64,000 nt of DNA from an uncultured Bacteroidota bacterium (GTDB taxonomy: Bacteria; Bacteroidota; Bacteroidia; Flavobacteriales; Flavobacteriaceae), in NCBI GenBank assembly GCA_902622595.1, contig CACNQM010000006.1, positions 22,399 through 86,398 on the forward strand. The letters run 5' to 3'. The position numbers and the translations under genes are program-made. Below are positions 29,385-39,218 of the stretch, in pieces; position 1 is the stretch's first letter; every line of letters begins with the position of its first letter. The notes under the pieces were generated by a model. It was given only the letters and a program-made list of their open reading frames with translations, made no database searches and was not told the DNA's origin.

Positions 29385-30075
29385 TTTGTGCGTTGAAAAC
29401 TAACTCAAAGTTCTCTACTAATTTTGATTTAACTTGATTAATATCTATGACTTCTTTTTTTAAATGTGATAGAGATGTAACACCTTTGTCCTTTATTCCA
29501 CAAGGTATGATAAAATCAAAATAACTAAGGTCTGGGTTCACATTTAGGCAAAGACCATGCATAGTAACCCATCTGCTAGCTCTAATACCGAAAGCACAGA
29601 TTTTTTTTGATAACCCATTTTCATCTTTGACCCAAACACCCGTTTCACCTTTTATTGTAAATCCCTTTAAATCATATGACTTTAGGGTATAAATAACTAC
29701 GTCCTCTAGTTTTCTTAAGTAAAGGTTTATATCAGTAAAAAAATTATCTAAATCAAGAATCGGATAAACCATTATTTGTCCTGGACCGTGATATGTGATA
29801 TCCCCTCCCCTATTAATTTCATAATATTCTATTTCTCGTTTGGTTAACTCATTTTTATCAATTAATAAGTTGCTCACATCTCCACTTTTACCAATTGTAT
29901 ATACATGATTATGTTCAGTCAAAATAAGAAAGTTATTTGTTTCAATTTTTTTAAATTTTGATCTATTCTGAACCTTTTGATTAATAATTTTTTGAAAAAT
30001 TTTTTCCTGATATTTCCAGGCGTCTAAAAAAGAATGTCTTCCAATGTCTGTTACTAAAATTTTTTTATTTTTCAT
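29365..30075 (-). CDS. lipB: lipoyl(octanoyl) transferase
   Basis: 236 aa with RGGDITYHGPGQ and catalytic-Cys PCGI motifs. Confidence 0.92.
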   Translation of the reverse strand: MKNKKILVTDIGRHSFLDAWKYQEKIFQKIINQKVQNRSKFKKIETNNFLILTEHNHVYTIGKSGDVSNLLIDKNELTKREIEYYEINRGGDITYHGPGQIMVYPILDLDNFFTDINLYLRKLEDVVIYTLKSYDLKGFTIKGETGVWVKDENGLSKKICAFGIRASRWVTMHGLCLNVNPDLSYFDFIIPCGIKDKGVTSLSHLKKEVIDINQVKSKLVENFELVFNAQINFETN

Positions 30076-30082
30076 TATCCTC

Positions 30083-30090
30083 CAAATATA
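30083..30090 (-). promoter_or_regulatory. candidate -7 promoter box TATATTTG upstream of lipB
   Basis: Exact TAnnTTTG on the minus strand, only 7 nt before the lipB ATG. Confidence 0.4.
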
Positions 30091-30124
30091 AAAATTTGTA
30101 GTTCAATGATTGCTTTAGAAAACT

Positions 30125-30132
30125 TATCTTTG
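30125..30132 (+). promoter_or_regulatory. candidate -7 promoter box TATCTTTG upstream of lysS
   Basis: Exact TAnnTTTG, 14 nt before the lysS ATG at 30147. Confidence 0.45.
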
Positions 30133-30146
30133 TTTAAATAATTCCA

Positions 30147-31829
30147 ATGACAGAACAAGAAAAAATTCGTAGAGAAAAACTTGAAGAGTTAAAAAAACTT
30201 GGGATTAATCCTTACCCTGCAGAATTATTTCCAGTTGACAGTTTATCAGTTGACTTATTAAAAAATTATAAAGAGGATACTAAGGTAATTATTGCAGGAA
30301 GAATTATGTCAAGAAGGATTCAAGGAAATGCCTCTTTTGCAGAGATTCAGGATAGTAAAGGGAGAATCCAAGTTTACTTTAATCGAGATGAAATTTGTAG
30401 GGGAGATGATAAAACCAAATATAATACTGTCTACAAAAAGTTATTGGATATTGGTGATATTATTGGTATTAATGGTACAATGTTTAAAACAAAAGTTGGT
30501 GAAGTTACGGTAAAAGTAAATGACTTTACTATACTTAATAAGTCATTAAGACCTCTTCCTTTACCTAAAATAGATTCAGATGGAAAAGAGTATGACAGCT
30601 TTACTGATTTGGAACAGAGATATAGGAATAGATATGTAGACTTGATTGTAAATACTAAGGTTAAAGATACTTTTGTAAAAAGAACGAAGATTATAAACAC
30701 AATAAGAAATTTTTTAAATGATAGATCATACCTTGAAGTTGAGACTCCAATATTACAACCTATACCTGGAGGTGCAACTGCAAGACCATTTATAACACAT
30801 CACAACGCCCTAGATATTCCTTTATATTTAAGAATATCTGATGAGTTGTTTTTGAAAAAATTAATTGTCGGTGGGTTTGAAGCTGTTTATGAATTTTCAA
30901 GAGATTTTAGAAATGAGGGAATGGACAAAAACCATAATCCAGAATTTACTATCCTCGAACTTTATGTTGCTTACAAGGACTACTTTTGGATGATGGAATT
31001 AACTGAGTCGTTAATTGAAAAAATATCTATTGAGGTAAATGGCAAAACTAAAATTGAGTATGGTTCAAAATTAATAGAATTTAAAGCTCCATATGAAAGA
31101 ATATCAATGTTTGATGCAATTAAAAAATTTACTGGATATGATATTTCTGGAATGGATGAAGATGAGTTAAGGTCAATATGTAATGAGATGTCAATTGAAG
31201 TCGATGAAAGTATGGGTGAAGGGAAATTGATAGATGCTATCTTTGGAAACAAATGTGAAAAAAACTTTATAAATCCGACATTTATTATTGACTATCCAAA
31301 GTCAATGAGTCCATTGACAAAAGAACACAGATCAGATCCAAATCTAACAGAGAGGTTTGAACTTATTGTTAATGGTATGGAAATTGCCAATGCATATTCT
31401 GAGCTTAATGACCCAATAGATCAGCTTAAAAGGTTTGAGAATCAACTTGAATTAAGTAAGAAAGGTGATGATGAAGCCATGTTTATTGACATGGATTTTA
31501 TAAAATCATTGGAATATGGAATGCCTCCAACATCTGGAATTGGGGTTGGATTAGATAGATTGGTAATGTTAATGACAAACCAAACTTCAATACAAGAGGT
31601 TCTATTTTTTCCTCAAATGAAACCTTTTAAAGATGAACCTGTAATTTCTGATGAGGCTAAAATCATACTTGATAGTCTCAGAAAAAGAGGTGAATGTGAC
31701 TTAAATCTTTTTAAAAGTGAATTTGATTTTTCTAATAAAAAGTGGGATAAAATAACTAAAGAATTAAGAGGGAAAAATTTAATTATTATTTCTAAAAGTG
31801 ATGAAGATTTATTCATCAAAGCGAGTTAA
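30147..31829 (+). CDS. lysS: lysine--tRNA ligase (class II)
   Basis: 560 aa. EQRYRNRYVDL and class II motifs (FRNEG, GLDRLVM). C-terminal extension as in Bacteroidota LysS. Confidence 0.95.
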   Translation: MTEQEKIRREKLEELKKLGINPYPAELFPVDSLSVDLLKNYKEDTKVIIAGRIMSRRIQGNASFAEIQDSKGRIQVYFNRDEICRGDDKTKYNTVYKKLLDIGDIIGINGTMFKTKVGEVTVKVNDFTILNKSLRPLPLPKIDSDGKEYDSFTDLEQRYRNRYVDLIVNTKVKDTFVKRTKIINTIRNFLNDRSYLEVETPILQPIPGGATARPFITHHNALDIPLYLRISDELFLKKLIVGGFEAVYEFSRDFRNEGMDKNHNPEFTILELYVAYKDYFWMMELTESLIEKISIEVNGKTKIEYGSKLIEFKAPYERISMFDAIKKFTGYDISGMDEDELRSICNEMSIEVDESMGEGKLIDAIFGNKCEKNFINPTFIIDYPKSMSPLTKEHRSDPNLTERFELIVNGMEIANAYSELNDPIDQLKRFENQLELSKKGDDEAMFIDMDFIKSLEYGMPPTSGIGVGLDRLVMLMTNQTSIQEVLFFPQMKPFKDEPVISDEAKIILDSLRKRGECDLNLFKSEFDFSNKKWDKITKELRGKNLIIISKSDEDLFIKAS

Positions 31830-32336
31830 ATTAAATCTTTCAATTAAACTTATTAATTTCTCTGCATATTTTGGATCAGTTGCGTAACCCGCTGCTTTTA
31901 AACCTCTCGCCCACCCTTTATAATCTTTTCTTTTTAATTTAAATAGGGAGCTATATCTATCTCTGTCAACTAGAAACAAAGAATGATCTCGATAAGATCT
32001 TAATGGATTCTTATATGATCTAAAACACTCATTCTTTGCATCATCATCATGTCTAATGGACTTCCCTTTCCACCCCTTATGACATTTAATTCCAAAATGA
32101 TTATTTGCTTTTTTTGCTAATGTTCCCTCACCGTAACCTGATTCAAGGACTCCTTGAGCTAAAGTTATACTTGCTGGAATTCTGTAGAATCTCATGTTCT
32201 TAACTGCAGCAGGTGCAAATTTTTTAATGTAAAGATTTATCTTATTTTCAATATTGTTGTCATTAGTTGGAGGTGACTTAACAGCAGAGCATGATGAAAG
32301 ACAAATAAACGTTATTAAGAAAAGGAATTTTTTCAT
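31809..32336 (-). CDS. glucosaminidase-domain peptidoglycan hydrolase (lipoprotein)
   Basis: 175 aa with lipobox LSSC and the LAQGVLESGYG motif of mannosyl-glycoprotein endo-beta-N-acetylglucosaminidase domains. Confidence 0.82.
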   Translation of the reverse strand: MKKFLFLITFICLSSCSAVKSPPTNDNNIENKINLYIKKFAPAAVKNMRFYRIPASITLAQGVLESGYGEGTLAKKANNHFGIKCHKGWKGKSIRHDDDAKNECFRSYKNPLRSYRDHSLFLVDRDRYSSLFKLKRKDYKGWARGLKAAGYATDPKYAEKLISLIERFNLTRFDE

Positions 32337-32356
32337 AACTTTAGAAATTGAAAATT

Positions 32357-32878
32357 ATGAAAAAAAACACCTCATTAAAAATAATATTATTCACATTTAC
32401 TTTTATAATTCAGTCTTGTGGAATTTATGTGCAATATGATTATGATTCTGATGTAAATTTTGACAACTACAGCTCATACTCTTTCTATCAACCAGACATT
32501 GATGAAGTTGAAATTTCAGATCTCGACAAAAAAAGAATACTAAAGTCATTAGATATTGGACTCAAATCTAAAGGTCTTGAAAGATCTAATTCTCCTGATC
32601 TACTTGTAACATTTGAAACTAAATCAAAAGAGAGAGTTTATGTCAATAATTATCTTCCATATGGATGGTATCCCTTTGCATATCGTTATCCATATTCATC
32701 TGGTTATTCAAGAATCCAGGGTACTCTTTATGTCAACCTAATTGACAGTAAGAATCAACAACTTGTATGGCAAGGGAAAGGTGTAGGTGTTCTAAATGAA
32801 TATTCAAATAACAGGGACAAAATGATTAATGAGTTTGTAGTAAAAATATTAGAAAAGTATCCCCCTATATCTGATTAA
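32357..32878 (+). CDS. DUF4136-like lipoprotein
   Basis: Track ORF 32348..32878 starts at a TTG. The ATG at 32357 gives MKKNTSLKIILFTFTFIIQSC (lipobox). Small beta-rich protein. Confidence 0.65.
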   Translation: MKKNTSLKIILFTFTFIIQSCGIYVQYDYDSDVNFDNYSSYSFYQPDIDEVEISDLDKKRILKSLDIGLKSKGLERSNSPDLLVTFETKSKERVYVNNYLPYGWYPFAYRYPYSSGYSRIQGTLYVNLIDSKNQQLVWQGKGVGVLNEYSNNRDKMINEFVVKILEKYPPISD

Positions 32879-35447
32879 CTATCTCCAAGGATTTGGATAT
32901 AACATCGCTTATACCCTTTGTGTTTGTTCCCCCTCCAGTTGCATAAAAAGTCTGTCCACCTCCACTTCCATTAATTAATGGAGACAATACTTTTATTATC
33001 TCTGAGGCACTGATTGCTTTTTTTTCAACTAGTTTTTTTGAGATAAAGCAAGATATAAAAACTTTATTATTATTAAGAGATAATAAAACTAGAAAAAGAT
33101 TATCTATTTGATCTGATAGCAAAAAACATAGCTCTTTTATTGATTTTGGATCCAGGTCAACCTCATCTACAAAAAAGTTTATCTCACCTAGATTATTAAT
33201 TTTCTCTAATATCACTTTTTTACTTTCTAGAACCTTAACTTTATTTTGAAGCTCAATTTCTTTTTTTAATTCTTTATTCGCTTTTTCGTTGGCAGCTTTT
33301 TCTTTCGAGGCTTTCTTCTTTTCAAGTTCCTTTAGGATAATTTCCTCATTACATGTTGCTGTAATTCTTCTTATTCCAAAAGCCTGAGAGACTTCTGAAA
33401 TTATACTAAATGTCTTTAATTTACTTGTATTTTTAGCATGTGTACCTCCACATAACTCATATGATTCATCAAATTTTACTGTTCTAACCTTGTCTTCGTA
33501 TTTTTCTGTAAATAAACCGATTGCACCATTATTTATTGCTCTTTCATAATCCTCTTCTCTATTTTCAACAAGTGGAATTGATTCTTTTATTTTAGAATTA
33601 ACAAAGTTATTTATTGAGTGTATATCTGAACTAGAAAGTTTAGATGGATGTGAGAAGTCAAATCTGAACATCTCATCTGATATCATTGAACCCCTTTGCT
33701 CTACATGATCACCGAGAATATTTCTAAGTGCTTGATGTAATAAATGTGTACCAGTATGATTCGCTTCAATCAAAGATCTCCTTTTAGTAGCAACTTTAAG
33801 CTTAACTTGAGATTCTAAATTAGAAGGTAGTTTTTTAGTTAAATGTATAATGTCACCACTATCTTTGTATGAATCAATGACTTGAATTTCATCAGCTGAA
33901 GAAATAAGTTTACCAGTATCCCCTATTTGGCCTCCACCTTCAGGATAAAATGTTGTCATATTTGTGACAATATGATAACTTACACTACCATCCTCAGATT
34001 TTGCTTCTCTATATTTACAAATTTTAGCCTCAACTTCGTTAAGGTCATAACCTTTGAAAACACTACTGGAGATTTTATCATTTATTAAGATCCAGTCAGA
34101 TAAATCATCATTCTTTTTAGACTTTGATCTATTTTTTTGCATTTTCATGTTTTTATTGAATCCATCAATATCAACTTTGAAAGATTTTTCACTAGCAATT
34201 AACGATGTTAAATCAATTGGAAATCCAAAAGTGTCATATAACCTAAAAGCATCCTCACCCTTTATAATTTGATCACTAGAATTAGATTCTATCAAATCAT
34301 TAATTAAACTTAAACCTTGGTTTAATGTTTTCAAAAAGCCCTTCTCCTCATCTTTTATAATAGACTTAATAAAATCTTTTTGATTAACAATATTTGGGTA
34401 TAAAATAGAGAACTGATCTTCAATCTTATCAACTAATTTATATATAAATGGATCTTGTATTCCAAGATTTGTATAACCATATCTAATAGCTCTTCTAAGT
34501 ATTCTACGAATTACATAACCAGGACCTGAATTACTTGGGATTTGTCCATCTAAGATTGTAAATACAATAGCCCTTAAATGATCAGATATTACTCTTATTC
34601 CAATATCAATTGTTTCATCTCCAGCTAAATATTTTTTATTTGCAATACCTTCTATTTCTTTGATTATACTAGAGAATATATCTGTTTCATACGTTGAGTC
34701 TTTCTGTTGAAGTGCCATACATAATCTCTCTAGTCCCATACCAGTGTCAACATATTGTTTATCAAGCTTTTGGAGAGAGCCATCTTTCTTTCTATTAAAT
34801 TGAATAAAAACTAGATTCCATATTTCTAAAACTTTAGGATGATCTTTATTTACTAACTCTGATCCTTTTACCTTCTTTTTTTCTGAGGGTGATCTAAGAT
34901 CTACATGAATCTCTGAACAAGGACCACAAGGACCAATATCTCCCATTTCCCAGAAATTGTCTCTCTTATTGCCATTTACAATTTTATCTTCAGAAAAATA
35001 CTTTTTCCATTCATTAAATGTTTCTTCATCGTAATCAATTTTATCCTCTTTTGAACCTTCAAAAACAGACACATACAAATCCTCACTTTTTAGTCCATAT
35101 ACTTTTGTCATCAGTTCAAAGGACCATCCAATAATTTCTTTTTTAAAATAATCTCCAAAACTCCAGTTACCAAGCATTTCAAAAAAGGTATGGTGATATG
35201 TGTCAATTCCTACTTCCTCGAGATCATTGTGTTTACCTGAAACTCTTAAACATTTTTGAGAGTTTGCAACTCTAGAAAATTTAGGATTCTGATCTCCAGT
35301 AAAAATATTTCTAAATTGATTCATCCCAGCATTAGTAAACATTAGGTGTTTATCTGTTTCGTTTATTACAGAAGCCGATGGAATTATCTCATGTTGTTTA
35401 TCTTTAAAAAATTCAAAAAACTTTTCTCTAACAACAGATGAATTCAT
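32865..35447 (-). CDS. alaS: alanine--tRNA ligase
   Basis: 860 aa. FTNAGMNQF, editing-domain HTGTHLLH, and a C-terminal DHHA1-like GGGG segment. Confidence 0.95.
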   Translation of the reverse strand: MNSSVVREKFFEFFKDKQHEIIPSASVINETDKHLMFTNAGMNQFRNIFTGDQNPKFSRVANSQKCLRVSGKHNDLEEVGIDTYHHTFFEMLGNWSFGDYFKKEIIGWSFELMTKVYGLKSEDLYVSVFEGSKEDKIDYDEETFNEWKKYFSEDKIVNGNKRDNFWEMGDIGPCGPCSEIHVDLRSPSEKKKVKGSELVNKDHPKVLEIWNLVFIQFNRKKDGSLQKLDKQYVDTGMGLERLCMALQQKDSTYETDIFSSIIKEIEGIANKKYLAGDETIDIGIRVISDHLRAIVFTILDGQIPSNSGPGYVIRRILRRAIRYGYTNLGIQDPFIYKLVDKIEDQFSILYPNIVNQKDFIKSIIKDEEKGFLKTLNQGLSLINDLIESNSSDQIIKGEDAFRLYDTFGFPIDLTSLIASEKSFKVDIDGFNKNMKMQKNRSKSKKNDDLSDWILINDKISSSVFKGYDLNEVEAKICKYREAKSEDGSVSYHIVTNMTTFYPEGGGQIGDTGKLISSADEIQVIDSYKDSGDIIHLTKKLPSNLESQVKLKVATKRRSLIEANHTGTHLLHQALRNILGDHVEQRGSMISDEMFRFDFSHPSKLSSSDIHSINNFVNSKIKESIPLVENREEDYERAINNGAIGLFTEKYEDKVRTVKFDESYELCGGTHAKNTSKLKTFSIISEVSQAFGIRRITATCNEEIILKELEKKKASKEKAANEKANKELKKEIELQNKVKVLESKKVILEKINNLGEINFFVDEVDLDPKSIKELCFLLSDQIDNLFLVLLSLNNNKVFISCFISKKLVEKKAISASEIIKVLSPLINGSGGGQTFYATGGGTNTKGISDVISKSLEIVNQI

Positions 35448-35453
35448 TTTTTT

Positions 35454-35461
35454 TATATTTG
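35454..35461 (+). promoter_or_regulatory. candidate -7 promoter box TATATTTG upstream of the M23 peptidase gene
   Basis: Exact TAnnTTTG, 48 nt before the ATG at 35510. Confidence 0.4.
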
Positions 35462-35509
35462 TAGAAGTTTCAAGGTTATTAAAGTCTTGAAATTACAACA
35501 AATTGATCT

Positions 35510-36487
35510 ATGTCCAAAACTAAATATTATTTTGACTCTGATAATTTAGAGTTTGTTCCAATTAAAAGAACTTTTATTCAACGTTTTTACAGATTATCTT
35601 TATTCTTAATTAGCTCAGTGATTATTGGATCTTTTATAACAATAATACTTCTAAATACAGATTTTATTGATACTCCTAAAGAGATTGTGCAAGCCAGGGA
35701 AATTGATAATTATAAATTACAACTTAAAGTCTTAAATAAAAAACTAGATCAAGTTGAATCAACCCTTGCAAACATTGAAGATAGAGATAATAGCTTATAC
35801 AGAGTTTATTTTGAGGCTAGTCCGATTCCTAAGGAACAAAGAAGAGCTGGATTTGGAGGTATAAATAGATATAACTACTTGGAAGGTTACGAGAGCTCAG
35901 ATCTTATTGTAAATACCACTGAAAGAATTGACATTTTAACAAAAGAATTAGTAATTCAATCTAAATCTTTAGATGAAATTGAACTTTTGGCAAAAAATAA
36001 AGAGTCTTTACTAACATCTATTCCAAGTATCCAACCCGTAGATATGTCTGACTTAAAAAGAATGGCTTCTGGTTATGGTTACAGAATTGATCCTTTTACA
36101 AAAATGAGAACTATGCATTTTGGAATGGATTTTTCTGCAAAGACAGGTACTCCAATCTATGCGACTGGGGACGGAAGAGTTGTTAGAGCTGATAATAGAG
36201 CTGCTGGATTTGGGAATCATGTAAGAATTAATCACGGATTTGGATATGAGAGCATATATGCCCACATGAGTAAAATCACTGTTAAGAGAGGATATAAAGT
36301 GAAAAGAGGTGATCTAATAGGATATGTTGGAAACACTGGTAGGTCTGTAGCTCCCCATCTTCATTATGAGATTATTAAAGATGGTAAAAAAATAAATCCA
36401 ATTAATTTTTATTCTGGTAGTTTATCTCCTGATGAGTTTAAAGAGTTGGTAAATCTTGCATCACAAGAGAATCAGTCTCTTGACTAA
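35510..36487 (+). CDS. M23 family metallopeptidase
   Basis: 325 aa. N-terminal TM helix, coiled coil, HFGMDF and GNTGRSVAPHLHYEI motifs. Confidence 0.9.
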   Translation: MSKTKYYFDSDNLEFVPIKRTFIQRFYRLSLFLISSVIIGSFITIILLNTDFIDTPKEIVQAREIDNYKLQLKVLNKKLDQVESTLANIEDRDNSLYRVYFEASPIPKEQRRAGFGGINRYNYLEGYESSDLIVNTTERIDILTKELVIQSKSLDEIELLAKNKESLLTSIPSIQPVDMSDLKRMASGYGYRIDPFTKMRTMHFGMDFSAKTGTPIYATGDGRVVRADNRAAGFGNHVRINHGFGYESIYAHMSKITVKRGYKVKRGDLIGYVGNTGRSVAPHLHYEIIKDGKKINPINFYSGSLSPDEFKELVNLASQENQSLD

Positions 36488-36490
36488 AAT

Positions 36491-36820
36491 ATGTTTGGTA
36501 ATCTTCCAGAAAAAAAATACTACAGTATAAGCGAAGTTGCCTCATACTTTGAAGTTAACACATCACTTTTAAGATTCTGGGAAAAAGAATTCAAGCAGAT
36601 AAATCCATCGATTAAACCATCGGGAATAAGAAAATATACAAAAGAAAATATTGAAATTATTTCGATTATTTATGCTATGTTAAAAAAAGATGGACTTACT
36701 ATTCAGGGCGCAAAGAAGAGACTAAATTCTAAAGATATTTCAGAGTCTGAAAATCTATTAATTCTAAAAAAACTAAATAAAGTTAAGGACGAATTAAAGG
36801 AAATTAAAAAAAATCTTTAA
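36491..36820 (+). CDS. MerR family transcriptional regulator
   Basis: 109 aa with the N-terminal HTH YSISEVASYFEVNTSLLRFWEKEF. It lies 3 nt after the M23 gene. Confidence 0.85.
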   Translation: MFGNLPEKKYYSISEVASYFEVNTSLLRFWEKEFKQINPSIKPSGIRKYTKENIEIISIIYAMLKKDGLTIQGAKKRLNSKDISESENLLILKKLNKVKDELKEIKKNL

Positions 36821-38122
36821 TTATTTTTTTCTTAAAAATATATCAATAGGTACTCCAGAAAAATCATAGTTTTTTCTAATCTGATTTTCAAGGAATCGTT
36901 TGTATGGGTCCTTTATATATTGAGGTAAATTACAGTAAAATGCAAACTGAGGATACTTTGTTGGCAATTGTCTACAAAATTTGATTTTAACATATTTCCC
37001 TTTGATGCTTGGTGGGGGTTTTTGCTCAATAATTGGTAAAATTAAATCATTAAGTTTCTTTGTTGGTATTTTATAATTTCTCCTTTCAGTGACTTTCATG
37101 GCAACCTTTATTGCGTCAAATATTCTTTGTTTAGTTAGAGAAGATATAAACACAATTGGAACATCACTAAATGGAGATATTTTTGAACTTATTTCCTCTT
37201 CGATTTGTTTAGAAGTTTGATGATCTTTACTGACTGTATCCCATTTATTTACAAGGATTACAACACCTTTTTTATTTTTTGCTGCAAGCCAAAATATATT
37301 TTGAACTTGTGAGTCAAATCCCCTTTCTACATCAAATAGAACTAAACATGTATCTGAGTTTTCAATAGCCCTTATGGATCTTAAAATTGAATAAAACTCG
37401 ACATCCATTGAGATTTTAGTTTTTCTTCTTATTCCTGCTGTATCAATCAATTCAAATTCAAAGCCATATTGATTATATCGAGTATAAAGACTGTCTCGAG
37501 TAGTTCCAGCTACATCAGTAACAATGAATCTATCTTTTCCTATAAGAGAGTTTATAAATGATGACTTCCCAGCATTTGGCCTTCCAACAACAGCAAATTT
37601 AGGAACATCAGAGACAGTTATGTCCTCCTTAGGAAGTTTTTGTGCAAGTAAATCAAGAAATTCACCTGTTCCAGACCCGTTAATAGATGATAGGCAAAAT
37701 AAATTTTTAAAACCTAATGAATAAAACTCATTAGAGTCATCAATCAATTTAGAATTATCAACCTTATTTACTAAAAGCAAAGTTTCTTTTGAGGATTTGT
37801 GAAGCAAATCTGCTATAGACTGATCAACGCCAGTTAGACCATCTTTTACATCAACTAAAAAAAGTATTACATCAGCCTCATCAATTGCTAAAATTACTTG
37901 CTTATCAATCTCTTTTTGAAACACATCATCACTTGCCGGAAGATATCCTCCAGTATCAATAACACTAAACTCAACACCGTTCCAATCAGACTTTCCATAA
38001 TGTCTATCTCTTGTTACTCCACTAACCTCATCTACAATAGCTTCTTTCTTTTCAATTAGTCTATTGAAAAGAGTTGACTTGCCAACATTAGGTCTTCCAA
38101 CAATTGCTACAATTCCACTCAT
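36821..38122 (-). CDS. der: ribosome biogenesis GTPase Der (EngA)
   Basis: 433 aa. Two G domains, each with GRPNxGKS and DTAG/DTGG, and a KH-like C-terminus. Confidence 0.95.
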   Translation of the reverse strand: MSGIVAIVGRPNVGKSTLFNRLIEKKEAIVDEVSGVTRDRHYGKSDWNGVEFSVIDTGGYLPASDDVFQKEIDKQVILAIDEADVILFLVDVKDGLTGVDQSIADLLHKSSKETLLLVNKVDNSKLIDDSNEFYSLGFKNLFCLSSINGSGTGEFLDLLAQKLPKEDITVSDVPKFAVVGRPNAGKSSFINSLIGKDRFIVTDVAGTTRDSLYTRYNQYGFEFELIDTAGIRRKTKISMDVEFYSILRSIRAIENSDTCLVLFDVERGFDSQVQNIFWLAAKNKKGVVILVNKWDTVSKDHQTSKQIEEEISSKISPFSDVPIVFISSLTKQRIFDAIKVAMKVTERRNYKIPTKKLNDLILPIIEQKPPPSIKGKYVKIKFCRQLPTKYPQFAFYCNLPQYIKDPYKRFLENQIRKNYDFSGVPIDIFLRKK

Positions 38123-39010
38123 TTAATTATATCCAAATTTTTTTAAGGACGATGGGTCATTTCTCCAATTCTTTTTTACTTTGACAAATACTTCTAAATA
38201 TATTTTTTTTCCAAAAAATTTTTCAAGATTATTTCTTGCCTTTGTTGCAACTCTTTTTAGTGCATTGCCTTTATGACCAATTAAAATTCCTTTTTGTGAC
38301 TCCCTTTCTACAAGTATTAAAGATCTAATTTTAATAATTTTTTGTGATTCCTTGAAATCTTCGGTTATTACCTCAACAGAATATGGAACTTCTTTATCAT
38401 AGTGTACCAGGATCTGTTCCCTTATAGATTCATTAACAAAGAATCTCTCAGGTCTGTCTGTAAATTGGTCTTTAGGAAAAAATGGAGGAGATAATGGAAG
38501 TTTTTCTTTAAAAATCTCAATTAATTCATCTACAAAGAATCCCTCAATTGCTGACACAGGGTAAATGTTTATATCTGGAAAAATTGATTTCCAATGAGAT
38601 ATTGAGTCATCTAATTCTTCCTGACTGCAAAGATCAATTTTATTAACTAATAAAATTACTGGGATCTTAAAAGAATTTAACTTTTGAATTAGAGACTCAT
38701 CGAATGATTCTTTATTACCAACTTCCTCAACTATCACCAAAAAATCAGAATCTATTAAAGTTTCTTTAATAAACTTCATCATTGCCTCCTGAAGTTTATA
38801 GCTAGGATCTAGTATTCCAGGTGTATCAGATAAAACAATTTGATAATTGTCCTCGTTTATTATACCTCTAATTCTATGTCTTGTAGTTTGAGCCTTAGAT
38901 GTAATAATAGATAGTTTTTCTTTCATTAATGAGTTTATCAAAGTTGACTTACCAACGTTGGGTCTTCCAATTATTGAAACAAATCCTGCTTTATGTTTAT
39001 GATCAGACAT
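38123..39010 (-). CDS. era: GTPase Era
   Basis: 295 aa with GRPNVGKST, DTPG, NKID and a C-terminal KH domain. It directly abuts der. Confidence 0.95.
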   Translation of the reverse strand: MSDHKHKAGFVSIIGRPNVGKSTLINSLMKEKLSIITSKAQTTRHRIRGIINEDNYQIVLSDTPGILDPSYKLQEAMMKFIKETLIDSDFLVIVEEVGNKESFDESLIQKLNSFKIPVILLVNKIDLCSQEELDDSISHWKSIFPDINIYPVSAIEGFFVDELIEIFKEKLPLSPPFFPKDQFTDRPERFFVNESIREQILVHYDKEVPYSVEVITEDFKESQKIIKIRSLILVERESQKGILIGHKGNALKRVATKARNNLEKFFGKKIYLEVFVKVKKNWRNDPSSLKKFGYN

Positions 39011-39015
39011 TTCGG

Positions 39016-39023
39016 CAAAGATA
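39016..39023 (-). promoter_or_regulatory. candidate -7 promoter box TATCTTTG upstream of era
   Basis: Exact TAnnTTTG on the minus strand, 5 nt before the era ATG. Confidence 0.4.
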
Positions 39024-39067
39024 ACTACTAAAATTCAATGCTTTAAGCCTAAGTAATGAAAGTTTAC

Positions 39068-39075
39068 TATATTTG
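39068..39075 (+). promoter_or_regulatory. candidate -7 promoter box TATATTTG upstream of initiator tRNA-Met
   Basis: Exact TAnnTTTG, 10 nt before the tRNA 5' end. Confidence 0.5.
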
Positions 39076-39085
39076 CTCTTCAAAT

Positions 39086-39158
<73 letters not shown>

Positions 39159-39170
39159 CTATAACAATAA

Positions 39171-39207
39171 AACGGTTATACTATTATACAGTTAACCGTT
39201 TTTTTTA
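39171..39207 (+). terminator. intrinsic terminator after tRNA-Met
   Basis: Arms AACGGTTA / TAACCGTT with a 14-nt loop, followed by TTTTTTT. Confidence 0.5.
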
Positions 39208-39218
39208 TTTTTATGTAA